A DNA stretch of 56,568 bases, filler included, from Platydemus manokwari (lineage: Eukaryota): the NCBI GenBank assembly GCA_037951405.1. It is 5 parts of 5 records of this genome, joined end to end, with 100 filler letters (N's around TTAATTAATTAA, not from the genome) between each part and the next. Parts side by side here need not be neighbours in the genome. Positions count along the whole stretch, not along the records: positions 1 to 11,742 come from JBBMOY010491109.1; positions 11,843 to 21,821 come from JBBMOY011182322.1; 3 more parts are not named here. One strand, written 5' to 3'. The position numbers and the translations under genes are program-made. The notes below the pieces were generated by a model. That model was not told the origin of the DNA. It saw only the letters and a program-made list of their open reading frames with translations, and did not search any database. Below, one piece after another: positions 1-14,479 of this stretch (its first letter is position 1; each line of letters opens with the position of its first letter).

Positions 1-217
1 TTCATTGATTTACAACAAGTAATGAATTACCTATAATAATAAGATTATCAGATAATAACATTACCTATAAAATACTTAGCTGTAGTAGTCAAGGTAATTG
101 TGAACATAAGTAGTTAAATCAGCATCACAAACTATTTATTTAACAGCATCAGTAAACACGAATTTTCACTTGTAATGATTTGTACATCTACCATAATTCG
201 GCAATCCTTTAAAAATG

Positions 218-264
218 CTTGCGGATCCCATTTGGAGTCGCGACCGCGGGATTGAGAACCAGTG
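218..264 (+). mobile_element. Terminal fragment of a hAT (Charlie-like) DNA transposon
   Basis: GGAGTCGCGACCGCGGGATTGAGAACCAGTG resembles the typical hAT-Charlie 3' end (GGGTCGCGACCC..GGTTGAGAACCACTG). GC-rich island in AT-rich DNA; no partner end found. Confidence 0.45.
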
Positions 265-399
265 GTATAAACTGAGATATCATTTTTAACAATTTATTAT
301 TTCGTAAAAAATCCTGAAGACATTGAATTTATAAACAAAAACAATGTAAATGTTGAAGTGATAATCAAACATAAAAAAATGAAAAATCAAACGATCTAA

Positions 400-3300
400 A
401 ACTAAATTCAACAGCCAAGGAACAAGTCGACTAAATCCTAATAAAATCCACACAGTCCAATGTGGTATTCAAGAAAGCCAAAAATTATAATATTGGGTGA
501 AAAATATTCATATTTTCTGCGATAATTATAAAAATTCGAATCCATCAATGGAGGATTTATAGGGATCAGACAATTGTATACCATATTTGATACCCAATAA
601 TATAAAAGCCATTTAGATATGAATGGATCTAAACTGCATCCGTGTAGTTAGGTATTGTCTTAATATCATCATATCTATTTCACAACTCATCAATTGTTTA
701 TAATCATAATGAAGTTGAGTTCGAATACATTAATGAGCGAATAATAAAATCCTTGTCTTATCTGATAATAAGCAAGAAGTCGATTTGTCAGGATTATCAT
801 TAGTTAAGTCTTACAATCATAATTCTAAAATAATCAATGTTTCTAATAGAATTCCATGTTAACATATTCCATATCACTAACTCATTGAAATCCTCATTCT
901 TTTCAATTGAAAGAAATTCTTGATTTTTAAACATCTCCAAATACAAATCATTAATCATTGATAATATCGATCCAATATTATTATGATTATTTTTATCATC
1001 CATTTTCAATTTCATTTGTTGGAGTTCATCTTCAATTTCTTTTATATGTGATTTCAAATCTTGAAGAAACGGTATAAAAGTACTAATCAATGAAACTCGT
1101 GATGATAGTTCCGTGGCCCAATTCCTCAATGTCTAATTAGAATGAATTGAAACTAAATTTATGTTAGAATATTACAAAAATATTCACCTTAAACATTCCT
1201 TCAAATTCGATTGGTTTGTAATTTTCTATTAATAAATCTGTGAATAGTGGTTTCCTATTGGATAAGAAATGTACATGTTTACTCCATTCGTCTAACAATT
1301 TATGTATTGATTCATCAATCGATTCATAATTCTCAATATTCAGTAAGGATATGTTAGAGATAATATCATCCAGAGCATCGTCAGCTAAAAACTGAAAGTA
1401 TGCGATTATTAACAAAAATTAACACAGAAACTGAAAGAACTTCATTTAACGAATTCAGTCCTTCACTAATTTCATCAAATTGAAATGTTGAATCATTTCT
1501 AAAATTTTGGAAAATTAATTACAGTTTCGTTAGAATTACAATTTTACAATGTTCCATTGCAGATCGTGGTAAATTTTCTCTCAATAAAGTGAAATATATC
1601 ATGAAAATTATTCAATGTCTTGTTGGTTTCAGTATGTGTTTTTGTTATTTGTTTTAGGCATTCACCGGATACATCTTGAATTTTACTCGTCAGGACTGTA
1701 TCACGGTCGGCAATGTGAATTGCGAAGTGTTGTGAGAGTTGAAACAACTTTTTGGTAGTTAACCTTAATCTTTTGGTTGTATTGAGTAATGATTCGTCGG
1801 AAATCTAAGGATGTGAAGTAAATTTAACATATTATTTATTACTTATTAATGACAGTAGCTAAACAATTGTTAATAAAAAAATACTACTTTTAAACAAAGT
1901 GCCATAGCTAATGAACACCATTCTTCTTTTTCATTGTTGATAACTGTCATTTGGTTTTCCAGTCGCTGCCTTTGTAAATCATATAAAGTATGATATTCAC
2001 CCAGAAGCTCTTTGCTTCTACCAGAGTCTTCTATCGCTGATTCTAACTAAATTAATGTAAAAATGTATTAAATTCATGTGTAATTGTTACTTCTTTATGA
2101 ATAGCTTCAGCGTTTTCTGTAACTTCAATGTCTCGCATTTTCACTTCTTTCAGTTGGCTAGGTCAATGAATAATTTTTTATTATCAAGAGATAAGATTTA
2201 CCTCGTCAAATGTTTAATTGAATTTTGAAAATCTTCTATTCTTTGGGTTAAATTTTTATCTTTCACACCTTGTTCTTCGACATTCACTTTCAATCTGAAT
2301 TAAAGATATCTGTTTTATATTCAATAGAGAATTCACTTCATCACTTTAACAATTCTTCGGGAACTTTATGAATGAGGTTCGTGTATTTATTTCTCAATTC
2401 AAACACAGTTGATCCTCTAGAATCGCAAGAAGTCTTGATCTAATAAAATATTTTCTTATACATTACTGAAGCTGATAATTAATTACTATAAATAATTAAT
2501 TCCAAACTCAAATTAGCTAAATAAAATAACAAATTATAGCATTAGCATACCACGTTTTTAAATTTCCGATTTTATTAAAGATCATTTGATTTTAACTTTA
2601 TCGATCACAAAATCAGACTTCATAATTTTAATTGTATCGATTTCATGCTTAAGGCCATTTGTAAAATTAATCTAAACCAATGAAATCAACTCATTAATAT
2701 TTCGATGTCTGCTTATGGGGGATTGACTTCTGTACTGTTTAGTTTTCACTGAATAAGTTGCCGTATCAAATAATGTTTCATTATCAGAGAATAATTTTAT
2801 CGTGTGTACCTCAACGCGATTTGATTATGAAGGGAAAGTGTCATCGAACCACCGACAAAGCGAATCAAATGAAACCAGTATGAAATAAGTAAAGGAGCAA
2901 ATATTATTGGATGGCTGATAACATCAAATTTAAACTTATTGAATATTTGTGATCAAATAATCAACAATTATCGATTCAAGATTGTGAAATAAAAAAAAAC
3001 ATCCGACGGAAATATGAAATGATTGTAGAAATAAAGAATAAAATTCAAGTGATGTGAAGCGATTAAATCGGTTTCTATAGCAACTTCATTAACAAATTTA
3101 AGATTTGTCAAAAGTCTGATGATTATGGTGAACAGATGCTCACTTTCAAATGCATATAGGTCAGAATTAGGACACTGAAATTTTGGATTCGACTTTCTAT
3201 CTAATACTAATGAGTAGGAAGCATTACGAAACAGGTCTACCAACAAACTACATAGTCATATTGTCAATGAATCGATTAACGAACCCTTAAAAGGTCCTTA

Positions 3301-4114
3301 AAATCCACTCATCTATCAAATCGAACATTTTATGTTCTCCTTATTTATAATCCCAAGACAAAAAACATAACGACCTGTCGACCAAGCTCGTGAAGAATTT
3401 GGCTATAAATACCATCAAGTTTCTTGATCAATTCGATCATACCATCGATATCAACCTCTGACGTCACATTATAATTTTCCATTTTGACATCAGGTTGATC
3501 TTGATTGTGTAACATGTTTTCGAGTGTTTTGTTCAGATATCTCACCTCGTCTCGAGAATGGGGAAATCTACATTGTTATCAATTCATTAAATATAGAGAA
3601 TGAATAAAGATACTCTGTTGGAAATACTATCAACTTTTGTTCTAACTCTTCAACCGATGTCGGCTCACTAAAATGTTTCATATCATTTGATTTTAATGTT
3701 TATTCATTTACTGATCATCATATTCCAAATAGCTCTTTATTTCCTCCTTTATAATATGAAATTCCTTCGGGATTGCCGATGAGACTAAATTCTAAATCAA
3801 ATACTTCTCAGTAATATCTCGAATTATACACATACTTTTTGAGGGGTCGTGTTCAGTTCGTCTATTTCTTCACCTCTCACTGCAGTTATATCAACATATA
3901 TAGGCTGTTTGTTAGATTTCCGATTTTTCGTGGAAATTTTAGAATGTACTCTAAATGAATATCAAGCCCAATAACAATTAAAAATGGAAAACTTTGTTCT
4001 TTGAGGAAAAAGACTTTCTTTATTTTCAAAATTTGGTACACTTAAGCAATTAATAATTTCTATAGGAACAAAGTCTAGTTTTTTATTATCAATAGATATA
4101 TCCTCAATGGACAT
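400..4114 (-). CDS. Unidentified multi-exon protein-coding gene (helical/coiled-coil-rich product); exon boundaries and 3' end not resolved
   Basis: Chain of same-strand ORF pieces (800-1129, 1164-1415, 1544-1747, 2968-3246, 3345-3545) with E/K/L/I-rich composition, separated by short GT..AG-bounded AT-rich gaps. Candidate ATG at 4114 (MSIEDISIDNKKLDF). No domain recognised. Confidence 0.55.
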
Positions 4115-4979
4115 TTTTTAAATAACAAAACTTTTTTGATTCAAAATTGATAATTATTATAGTCAAGGGTATATTTATTTAAACAACATAGAGTTCACCA
4201 AATTAGTTTTAATTATGAGAAATAACTTCATTCACTCATTCATATTCAATTTTTTTTACAGTATTAAAATATATTTTTTCGTTTTAAACTTTTTTTCTGA
4301 ACAAATAAAAGTGAACCAGTTTGTCTTATTAAATTAGAATTTCATGCTAATCAGACGATTTAGTTTAAAACCGGTATAGGATTGAAATTTTAAATGTGTG
4401 TAAAAATATTTTTATAAATGAAGTTTCTGAATATTTATTTTTTATCAAATGATTGAAACTTTGAAAGGTGCTTTATAGATTTTGTAATCTATTATACTGA
4501 TCAGATCAGGTTTTGGAAGCACTTCACCATTATTCACAAACTGGTGAATTCAAAAGTATTATCGCTTGGCATTTAACTATTTTATTATAATTGATATTAC
4601 CTCATCCACCATAATAAATAACTATTAAATCATAGGAGAATTACAATTCCTAGATATTCAGAATAAATATTTAAAATCAAATAATGACATTTAGATTAAA
4701 TTGTTTTTATGAAATAATTATTTCACAAAAATAAAAACATTAATTAAAAATCTGAAATTGAATTTAAATCTGTGCATTCAAGAACGATGGATTTATTCCC
4801 AGATTTTATAATAAAAAGTAAATATTATGTTTGTCATACTTTTTCAAATGCAATAAAGGCAGTTATCAACTTTATAATAAATCGATATTTCAAACAAAAC
4901 CTTTTGAAACTTAAACACATCTAATATTTAAAGATATTCTGGATATTCAATAACAACATAAATCAGATTATTCAACATT

Positions 4980-7900
4980 TCAACAACGCTCAAACACACT
5001 ATATAAATCCGGCAAACTGGTAAGCTTTATCAGTGTTCCATCGTGTTCAAATGATGATGGGATGCGCAAAAATGATCGATACATCGGTAAGATGACATTC
5101 TCAAAAACATTTTCGAATTCATCTTTCACTGCAAATAATGATGTGTTGCTTCCGATACCATAAGCGTAAAATTCTGCAATTTCTCGACATATCCCATGTA
5201 AGCAAGATTCTTCTTCTTGCCAATTGATTTTTGTGCATAAGTTCAAAATAAATCTCGGCAGTCTTCGTAGGTCAGGAATAAATCTATAATTGGATTTTGT
5301 AGAATCATTAAATAAAATTAATTTAAACAAAATGTGTGCCTGCTCACAAATAAAATTAATTGATTTGAATCATTTATTAAATTATCTGTTCTCTATCAAT
5401 GATCTCAAATATTCAATAATCATTAATCAATTAACACAATTAATCCAATATCATTAAAAATAAAAATTATAATCGTCGATAAAATATAATAGAAAAGTAC
5501 TGCCATCATCACCATAGAAACAATGCTTACTTGTCTAAAACCATTGGTATCGTCTCTAGCGTCATCGAATCAATATTGATACGTATAGAGAAATAATCCA
5601 GTAACATTTCACAGTTATCTCTCAACACATTTATCATCAAGTCTGGTTCGAGTCCTTCATAAAGTTCACCAGCTTCTCGCAATCCAAAAATTAATAAATC
5701 CTTCAATAAAGTGCGATTATTCTGATTCTCCTTCATCTCATCATCGATCAGATCTATCGTTCCGAAATTGCCAAAATAATACAAGCACAACTGATAGAAA
5801 AGATTGTAATTGACGATCGGTGTGTTCAACAATAGCAATTCCTTTTCTCTTTGAATCAATACTCGATTATGATCGATCATTCCAACATAGACAAAGCTCT
5901 TCCAATTACAGAGATTCGTCGTGTTTATCGTCTGCCTGAGTTTCTCAAGCGTTGACAATTCGATTTTTCGATATTGCCTTTCAGCAACCATACAAGGAAT
6001 ATCGGAAATGGATATTGATGGGGAATCTTTGATGAAAATCTTTGCCGATGGTGGTTGGTCTGATTTATCAGGGGTTTCTGATTTGATAATTTTTGGGAAC
6101 GTAATGCGTTCAAGGTCGTTATTAGATTGGGGAATATTTTTCGATAAGACTAGCTCAGACGAGTTTTCGTTATTCTTAATATGTATATATAGGGAGAGAG
6201 AGAGAGTGAAATAATAAATATGAAATTAATTAAATTAAAAATTATAAAATAATTGACTAATACAATGGTTTAATATCAAAAAATTATATTTCATAATAAT
6301 TATAATTATATTATTATTTTCATTATTATAGTAATAAAATCTTGATTATATATTATTATGATTATAGTTATATTGACATAATCATAAATATATTATTGTA
6401 ACTGAAATTGCGATATCATTATTATAATCATTATTATTATATTAAGGATTATAATTACATTATCATAATAATATTATTATGTCAAAATACATATAATTCT
6501 CTTAACCGATGCCATTGGAATCGATATAATCCATCTTTATATGAATAATTATAAATAAACACCAATTAAAAAATAAAGAATAATTGAAGTCAATGATTTA
6601 ACACGAAAACAGAAGCCTTTCCTACTTTGATCGCTGGAGAGCTCGATGTGGATTCATTTAAATCTTTGGTGGGGAAAAACGCTTTGATTTTTTGCAATTT
6701 GGGATCGACTCGTATTTTTTCCGAAGGTCTTGGTTGTGATCGACAGGCACTGCTCATACTGGAGTTCAGGCTGTCGTTGTGACGACTTGAAAACGATTTA
6801 TCGAGTAGCGATTTAGTAGAGAAGCTGCGAGATTCGGATGAGGAAGAGACAGATTTTTCAATGAATTCTTGAATGCTTGCAACAATGAGCTCTTGATGAA
6901 GAAAATGAACCTGAAAGACAGAGATATAAATCAATAAGATAATCGAACGGGTGATATGAAATGATATCAATGAAAGCAAATGATCATTATTTTCTGATTA
7001 TTATATGAATATCACAATGATAACCAATTACAATGGTGCATAATATTATAATAAATTGCCCTCCCCTTCTCTACACTAACTAGAATGACAACTAATATCG
7101 TACATAGCGCCTAAATAAAGGCAATTCCTTACACAATTAGAGTGGTATTCTAATATATCGATCATGGTATTTCATGGGAATATATCATTACTATGACAAC
7201 GATTCCAGTTATTCAACAATCTGGGAACATATTTCCACAAATAAATGATAAATAAATCCCCTCAAACAATGTGAAGCCTAACTTCATATTTGGTTGGGTG
7301 AACGTTGACATCGAGATTCTTTGATGGCAGCTCCAGAGAAATAAATACGAAAGGAAACGTATGCTTGGGAAGCAGATTCACAAATACAGATTCGATGGCC
7401 TTTTTTAATAGATTGCAATGAACGAGACGCTTATTGATGAAGAGAATGAATTTCAATTTTCGAGAATGGTAACTCGGCTTAGATATACGGCCGGATAATG
7501 AATAACAAAGCTTGTCATCTAGGTGATCAATTGATAGAAGTTGCTTGGATAATTCACTTCCAAATAGATCAACAATGCAATCATCCATGCTCGTTTCAGC
7601 TACAATTCTCACGTCGGGACTCGGATTGGTCTTGTCATCTATACGTTTCAATGTTATGGAACATTTATGAGCATTCAGAATTGCATAGCTCGATACGACA
7701 TCAACAATTTTGGTATATTCTTCACGAGGACTACTTAGAGCCTGCTTGCGAATTGTAATGTTGTAAAACAAATCTTCTACTCGAACAATTGTGCCAGTAT
7801 TGCCAGCACAAGGCTTCGGATTAGAAACCATTCTACTGTCACAGAATTCAGCTTTAAACGCACAGGGCGAATCACTAGTTTTCGAAGTGATTTGTACATG

Positions 7901-8389
7901 AGCGACGTGCGTAATGCTAGCCAGAGCCTCTCCTCGAAAACCGAAGGTGTCAATGGTAAGCAAGTCATGAAATTCCTGAATCATTATGAAAATAACATTG
8001 CATTGAAACAATAAGCATCATTATTTTTATTTTTTTAACATTGAATCAGTGACATAATCAAATAATATTTGTCAAAAATTTAATATAGTAATTAATAATA
8101 TTATTTAGGTGAAATATAACTCCAAGAAATTTACTTGTAGTTTACTAGTGGTGAATTTTTCACACAATAGAGGAAAGTCATCTTTACAAATACCTGAACC
8201 ATTGTCTTGTATCTGAATGACTCCTAAACCACCTTGTTTTATGCTAATAATTATTTGGGTCGATCCAGCATCTAAACTATTTTCCAGAAGCTCTTTAATA
8301 GCATTAGCTGGTCGTTGAATTATTTCACCAGCAGCTATTTTGTTAATCACATTTTCTTCTAATTTTTTAATTCGTTTAACAGTAGTCAT
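4980..8389 (-). CDS. MLH1: DNA mismatch repair protein MLH1; inferred exons 8389-8135, 7975-7283, 6910-6626, 6174-5531, 5283-4980 (~726 aa)
   Basis: MutL GHKL motifs [44 protein letters not shown] and [14 protein letters not shown], plus the MLH1-specific C-terminus FERC*. GT-AG junctions join in frame; linker-exon boundaries are the least certain. Confidence 0.97.
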
Positions 8390-10543
8390 TTTAATAATAT
8401 AAATTCGATAAAATATTGCAGGTAAAATTAAGGTCTATTTTAAATAGTACAATTTGAAAACGCATTATTAAAACAAGATCTGTTAATTACTTGTTCCTTA
8501 TCAATTTTTAAGTAAATAATATTTAAACCAAGAACCTTATGATATATTCTATAAACACCACGGTAAATAAAATTTTATTTTTATTTAGTCATTGGCATAT
8601 ATCATAAATCAATATTTCAAAATAAAAGTTATGTATAAAAAAATGATCAAAAATATTTAAACAAATTCTAAAATGAATGTTGATTTGAAGTACATTGAAA
8701 ATATGATGTAATAAACTAAAGTTGATGGGAATTTTTATTATGATTTAAAGTGCTATGAAAATAGATGGTGCCACTATAATCTTATCATAATCAAGAGTTC
8801 AATTAAAAATCAAGGAAATAACATCAGTGAAATTTACAATTCAACTAACCATCACAGTGAGCTCTTTGAGATTCAACTTATATTACAGAATGTTATTGAA
8901 ACAGAACAAAATGAAACTTTGAATAACAATTATTGTGACATTGTTTAAAAGCAAAATTTTAATTAATAAATCCAGATTAACATAATAAATGCAATTGAAT
9001 ACATTTGGAGTAAATAATTAATGAGTAAAATATGATGATGAACATTGTAGGATAATAATAAAAAAATTACAGGGAATAATATACATGATATACTAATAAA
9101 TAATTGGCTAAAAATAAGTATTTTATTCCTAAGAAAATAAATAATGAAACATAAAAATCTCGTTTCGTGTATTTGGAAATAAAAAAATAATTTTATTAAT
9201 TTAAAATTTATTTAATATTAATACAGTAGATAGCTACATAGATATTTAATATTATCAATGAATAATGTATAATTCAAACCCAAGAGTCGAGGCCCCCAGA
9301 AATATTATAAGAGTAAGATAAAAACAGCGTTTTGTCAATTTCAATTTCATCTACAAAAAGCAATAATATTTCATATAATTAGGGTAATGGACTTGTAATC
9401 CAGTGTAAAGCTACTTATAGTAGTTTATGTTTTGCTTAAAACAAGTATTGAAGTAGCGACCATACACGTTATGAAGTATTGTTCTGACAGCCAGAAGCAG
9501 ATTCCGTGATGGTATTTCAAAACTATATCTAGGCATAGATATACTTTGTTAAACAATTGATGTTAATTTTATCGGGGCTTTGACCAATCGTAAATTGATA
9601 TTAGTAAAATTCACATGAATGTTATTTATTAATCTTATATGTTATTAAACTTAAAAGTATTTTAATTCAATGAGTAACCCAGATTAGAAAGCGGAGTCAG
9701 ATAATAATTAAACTTTTGTTAGAACCTGAGTAGTAACAGGTATAATTTTATACATTTAATGCGATAATTACAAGTATAATTTTGTATCAACAGTTTACCC
9801 TTCCTCGAGCTTGTAAACAATCTTTTTATTCTAAATTGGTTGATAAGGAAAAATCATTTCAATTTTATCCTGTCGTTTTCGACGGTTTAATTCTTCTCTA
9901 GAGTTTTTGATTGTAACAATCACTTTCTATGATTTTGTAAATCGTTTTTCCTCTTATGTATTCCGTTATTAATGAATCAATAATTCGATAATGGCCGTTT
10001 TTAATTTTTTCCTCTTCTCACATTTTATTGAATCATTGCAATTTTGACATAATTTTACATAGACTTACTGAACAGTGATTTAATTATGTAGAATAGTTTC
10101 AGAAAAAGAATTTTTGTAACATCTAAGAAACGAGATCAGTACAAAGATTGATTAATAGATCCCAAAGTTGAACATAGATGGAATTCTCATGAATTTTGAA
10201 TTATTATTATTTTGAGTCATGGTTATTTTTAATTATTTAGATTTTACTTCGCTTACACTTTATAATTTCTGTTTATTAATTATAATGTTCTTGTAACTTT
10301 TTATTGCCTGTCAAATCTTGTAGGACTCCTCAATAATAATATAACATATCGGAAAAAATCAAATAATTAAAATTATTCAGAACATATTTTCACAGTAGAT
10401 TCTTTCATACTACTTTACTAATATAGAATTATTATTTTTAACTTAAAAAAAATTTACACTGTTAGAAATAAGCCGTTTTATGCTGAATAATTTATTTAAT
10501 ACAATTACGATGTTATACACATCATTTTATTACTGATGAAGTA

Positions 10544-10764
10544 CTGTAAAATCCCGAGTATAAGCTGCAGCTAATACGTACATAACGGCAGCATTTTTGA
10601 ATTGCAACTAATATGATGTGCAGCTTATACAACTAAAAAACAATTCAAATCGAAGATAAGATTATTTATTTCAATTTTCAACATCACACTCCTCAAAAAC
10701 TTGTCATCAAAAAAATGTCATCTGCAGCTAATACGCGCTGCAGCTTATACTCGGGATTTTACAG
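10544..10764. mobile_element. Non-autonomous MITE, Tc1/mariner-pogo superfamily
   Basis: Perfect 28-bp terminal inverted repeats CTGTAAAATCCCGAGTATAAGCTGCAGC, TA on both flanks, internal sub-repeats TGCAGCT(A/T)ATAC. Confidence 0.85.
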
Positions 10765-11664
10765 TATTTTCTTTTCATTCTTTTGTCTTTATTTAATGAT
10801 TTATTTAAAATATTTAATATATTATTATTAAATCCTTCAAATATAATTAAAAATTATCGATAATAAATAACAACTAGTAATGATAAATCAATATTAAATG
10901 CAACCCATTGGAAGGATTTATTTTAAATTGAAATTGGAAACAATTTTAAAATCATATTTGTTTAAATAAATGAAATTAAAATATAAATTGATGTCATGAC
11001 TTTTCGGTTCGTGCTTTTTTAAAATAGTAGCGGTTTACATGGTGATCACGAATTTGTTTTCGATTCTGATAATATAATGGAATTAAAAAGATATATAATC
11101 GAAGTGAAGAAGATATATCGAAGTTGTATAGGACATACAGAGAAAAAGAAGTGAAGATATAGAGATGGTATGAAATGGAAAATAAATAGAGATTTTTATA
11201 TGGAGAATTTTATCTAGAGACTTTGACACTTTATGAATTCAGAGAAAAATCTTAAACAAATGAAGATGTCAGGATTTATAATAAATTAAAATTTTAAAAT
11301 CCTGTTTTAATAAAAGATTAGTTTGTTTAAATAATCGTTATTAGAATATAATTTGGTGCTGTGAATTTCCGGTTGGTTTTCATTGTGTGCTTTTTAAAAT
11401 AGTAACGCGTCACACCCATCCAAGGCGATAACTTCATTATTAATTATATCAATGAAAAGAGTAATGATGGAATCCTACTGGCCTGTTGATGAGTGGTATT
11501 TGGTATGACCTTTTAAAGGTAATTCAACTAGTTTAAACTCGTTGAACAATCTGTAATTTAAATAGATATGATTAAAGTCAGAAAAATGGCGATTCGACCA
11601 ATGATTTGATCCCAATCACAATAATAGGTTGAGGATAATATAATAATGATAGATCGGTAAAATA

Positions 11665-11917
11665 ATGTTGAATCGCGGCAGAGCAATCCTACAGCATGAC
11701 AATGCCCCAGCTCATACAGCTCGAAGAGTGAAGCAGAAACTTNNNNNNNNNNNNNNNNNNNNNNNNNNNNNNNNNNNNNNNNNNNNTTAATTAATTAANN
11801 NNNNNNNNNNNNNNNNNNNNNNNNNNNNNNNNNNNNNNNNNNTTAAGTAGTTTTTAAAAAATTTTGATTTAAAGTTCAATATATAAAAATCGGACATTTC
11901 ATATGGGACAACCTAAT
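11665..11917 (+). mobile_element. mariner transposon fragment spanning an assembly gap
   Basis: Before the gap it translates LNRGRAILQHDNAPAHTARRVKQKL (mariner HDNAxPH catalytic motif). After the gap, CGGACATTTCATATGGGACAACCTAATA resembles a mariner right TIR plus TA. Confidence 0.8.
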
Positions 11918-13850
11918 ACTTTGGAATTGAGGTCCAATCACAACAGGTACAATGGTTAAGTGGTAAGTGATATTAAGAATAAGTGAAGTGTCCGTGGCAG
12001 ATTATTAAATTGTGGATTCGAGGTTCTAGGTGATTACTATTTATTTCTCGACGATTTCATTTTTCTTCATAAACCTTTACCTTTCAAAATCTTTTAAATT
12101 ATATGAGACACTTGCATTGCACATTTATTATTGATATTTATTGATTATTAATAAAAATTCTTGTCACAGTTTTTGTAGTGTTTATTTACCATATTTAAAT
12201 TTATGATTACTGAAAGGTTTCAGATTCGCGATGTGATATATCATCATTAATATCAACTCTCTGATACATGTTTTATGGATATATTATATGTGGTGCCTTC
12301 GATTTCCTCACACTTGTAATATATTCGATTGTTGAGGTCATTAATTTGTCTCTGTAGGACTTCTTACTTAGTGTGAAGTTGTTGTTGCAAAAACGGTTTT
12401 AAATAAATCTATGAGGTGAAGAAACGATGGCTGATAAATCACTAAGGAATTCACATCAATATTATCGATAGACAGGAAAAAAATTATGTATTGCTATAAC
12501 AAAATACCGTATTTAAGATAACTCAGATAGAACCCAGAAGCCTATGTGTCACACATTAAATGTGGTCAAAGAATGTTGAAACCATTTTGTGGTGAGAAGA
12601 TGGATTAGGCTTGATATGATAATTTACCTTTATTATTTAATGATAATTTCACAAATTGATATTACTTCCTTCGTGTATTAAACAAGGAAATGGCTCATCA
12701 ATGTGTCTCGTTGGGTGGTCTCTCTTGTGTTTTAATTGTTTTATTGATTTCTCTTGAGATTGGATTCAGGGAATAATTGATGTGACAATCGATTGTTTCC
12801 TTGGACGAAAAAATCAATAAAATAAGATAAAATCGATGCTAATAAAAATCAGTATCCTGTTATGAGTCCTTGGCTTCCTTGTGTGAGGGTTATGCAATAG
12901 CTGGATAGTTTTGTTGTTTTTTATTAAACTATTTTTTGTCGAGACGCTTATCGAAGGATTTTGAATTTTTTTAGAGATTGTCTTAAGAGGAAATCTGAGA
13001 AAATTCTGCTTAAAATATTTAATAAATCGAATATCAAATCAGAAGAAAGAATTGGGAAAGGAAGATATACACGAAATACTGGTATCTGGAATTTGAGTCG
13101 TGGGGGATATGCGCTCGATAGCTAATCTAATCAAATCACTGATTTATATTTCTGTATCAATCTCATCCCATTAAAAAGTCAAATGAGAAATTCTAGCACG
13201 ATAAATTTATTCCTATATTAATGTGAATCTAGAATAAGAAATGTCGGAATCTTTATCGTCTCCAAACAAATTCATGACATACCTATTAATCAGTGAGTGG
13301 AATCAAATGACCAAGAGATGTTTCCCATAAATTTCAAGCGTTTTTCCTGATACCAACTGACATCAGCTCTTCTAGATAACGAAAATAAAAGATTCATTAA
13401 AGATTAATGAGAACAAATTCTCAAATTAATTTAAATGATAAAACTATTGAATAATTTTAGAGCGACAGCACATAAAATGTGTCAAAACCAATAGAAAACT
13501 GGAATATAAAGAAAGTTTCATTTGTCAGTGAAGTCATTGATTGTCATTAGATAGATTTGCCTTTGAAGGAAAATCAAATTATTAGCGGCTCTAATAATTG
13601 AGACAAATCTTAGACGATTTGATTAGATATTATTCAAGTACACAAGATCGACACAGGAAAATATATAAAATGTGAAGAGTAAATAAATCCGATTTTAAAT
13701 CAGATTTTACTTACACCCAGTAGTCATTCGAGTTGCTCTATCAAGCAACCCAACAACTGATTTTAATCTCTCAACCACAATATGTTACAGCTTTATTATA
13801 AATAGCTTTTTCATGACAAATCTAATTTATTATTTTTTTTTTATTATTTA

Positions 13851-13881
13851 TTATAATAATAATAACAATAATAATAATAGA

Positions 13882-13923
<42 letters not shown>
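13851..13923. repeat. (AAT)n microsatellite
   Basis: Direct reading: ~24 nearly perfect AAT units. Confidence 0.95.
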
Positions 13924-14479
13924 TTAAATCAATTGAAAACATCTTCTCAGATTGAAATCATTGAAATATTTATGATTTCTCCGTAAAACTATTTTTAGAA
14001 TATTCATTATAATTATATTAAATCATCTTTCGTTATCTCACAAAGGGGTTGCAATGTTTTCTGATGCACCAAGAGTATTCCATAATTGAGTGTGCAAAAC
14101 AGATTTAATAATAAAATAATATAACTATAATTAATATAATGTGATGTTATGTAAGGAATTATAATTGAAGAATCTTAATGCCTGGATTTTTCCTTTGAGA
14201 TCAATCAACAAATGACGATCTGATGTTTTTGACTGCAGTGTGAAAACAATGGCAGCCAGGCATAATGTGATTGGACCATTATTACACCAATGATAATAAA
14301 AGTGAATAAAGCTTTTTTTAAAACAATTTCAATTGTATTTTTTATGGTGAGTTCAGATGTGGTTTTAGATTTTTTCTATCATTTAAAATTTTTCCACAAC
14401 GAGTGTTCAAAATTTTGACTATATATTTCCAGGAAAAATTAATAATAAAACAAATTATTGTTTTATCGTTGTTTGAACT

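Noticed and set aside
5921-7758. + strand ORFs overlapping MLH1, and similar antisense ORFs over glycogen synthase and the EF-hand gene
   Set aside because: Shadow ORFs opposite real exons, with no independent motifs.
11743-11842. TTAATTAATTAA embedded in N runs (also 21822-21921, 35416-35515, 46100-46199)
   Set aside because: Identical 100-nt spacers with a palindromic all-frame stop linker are an assembly artefact, not biology. Adjacency across these gaps is unverified.
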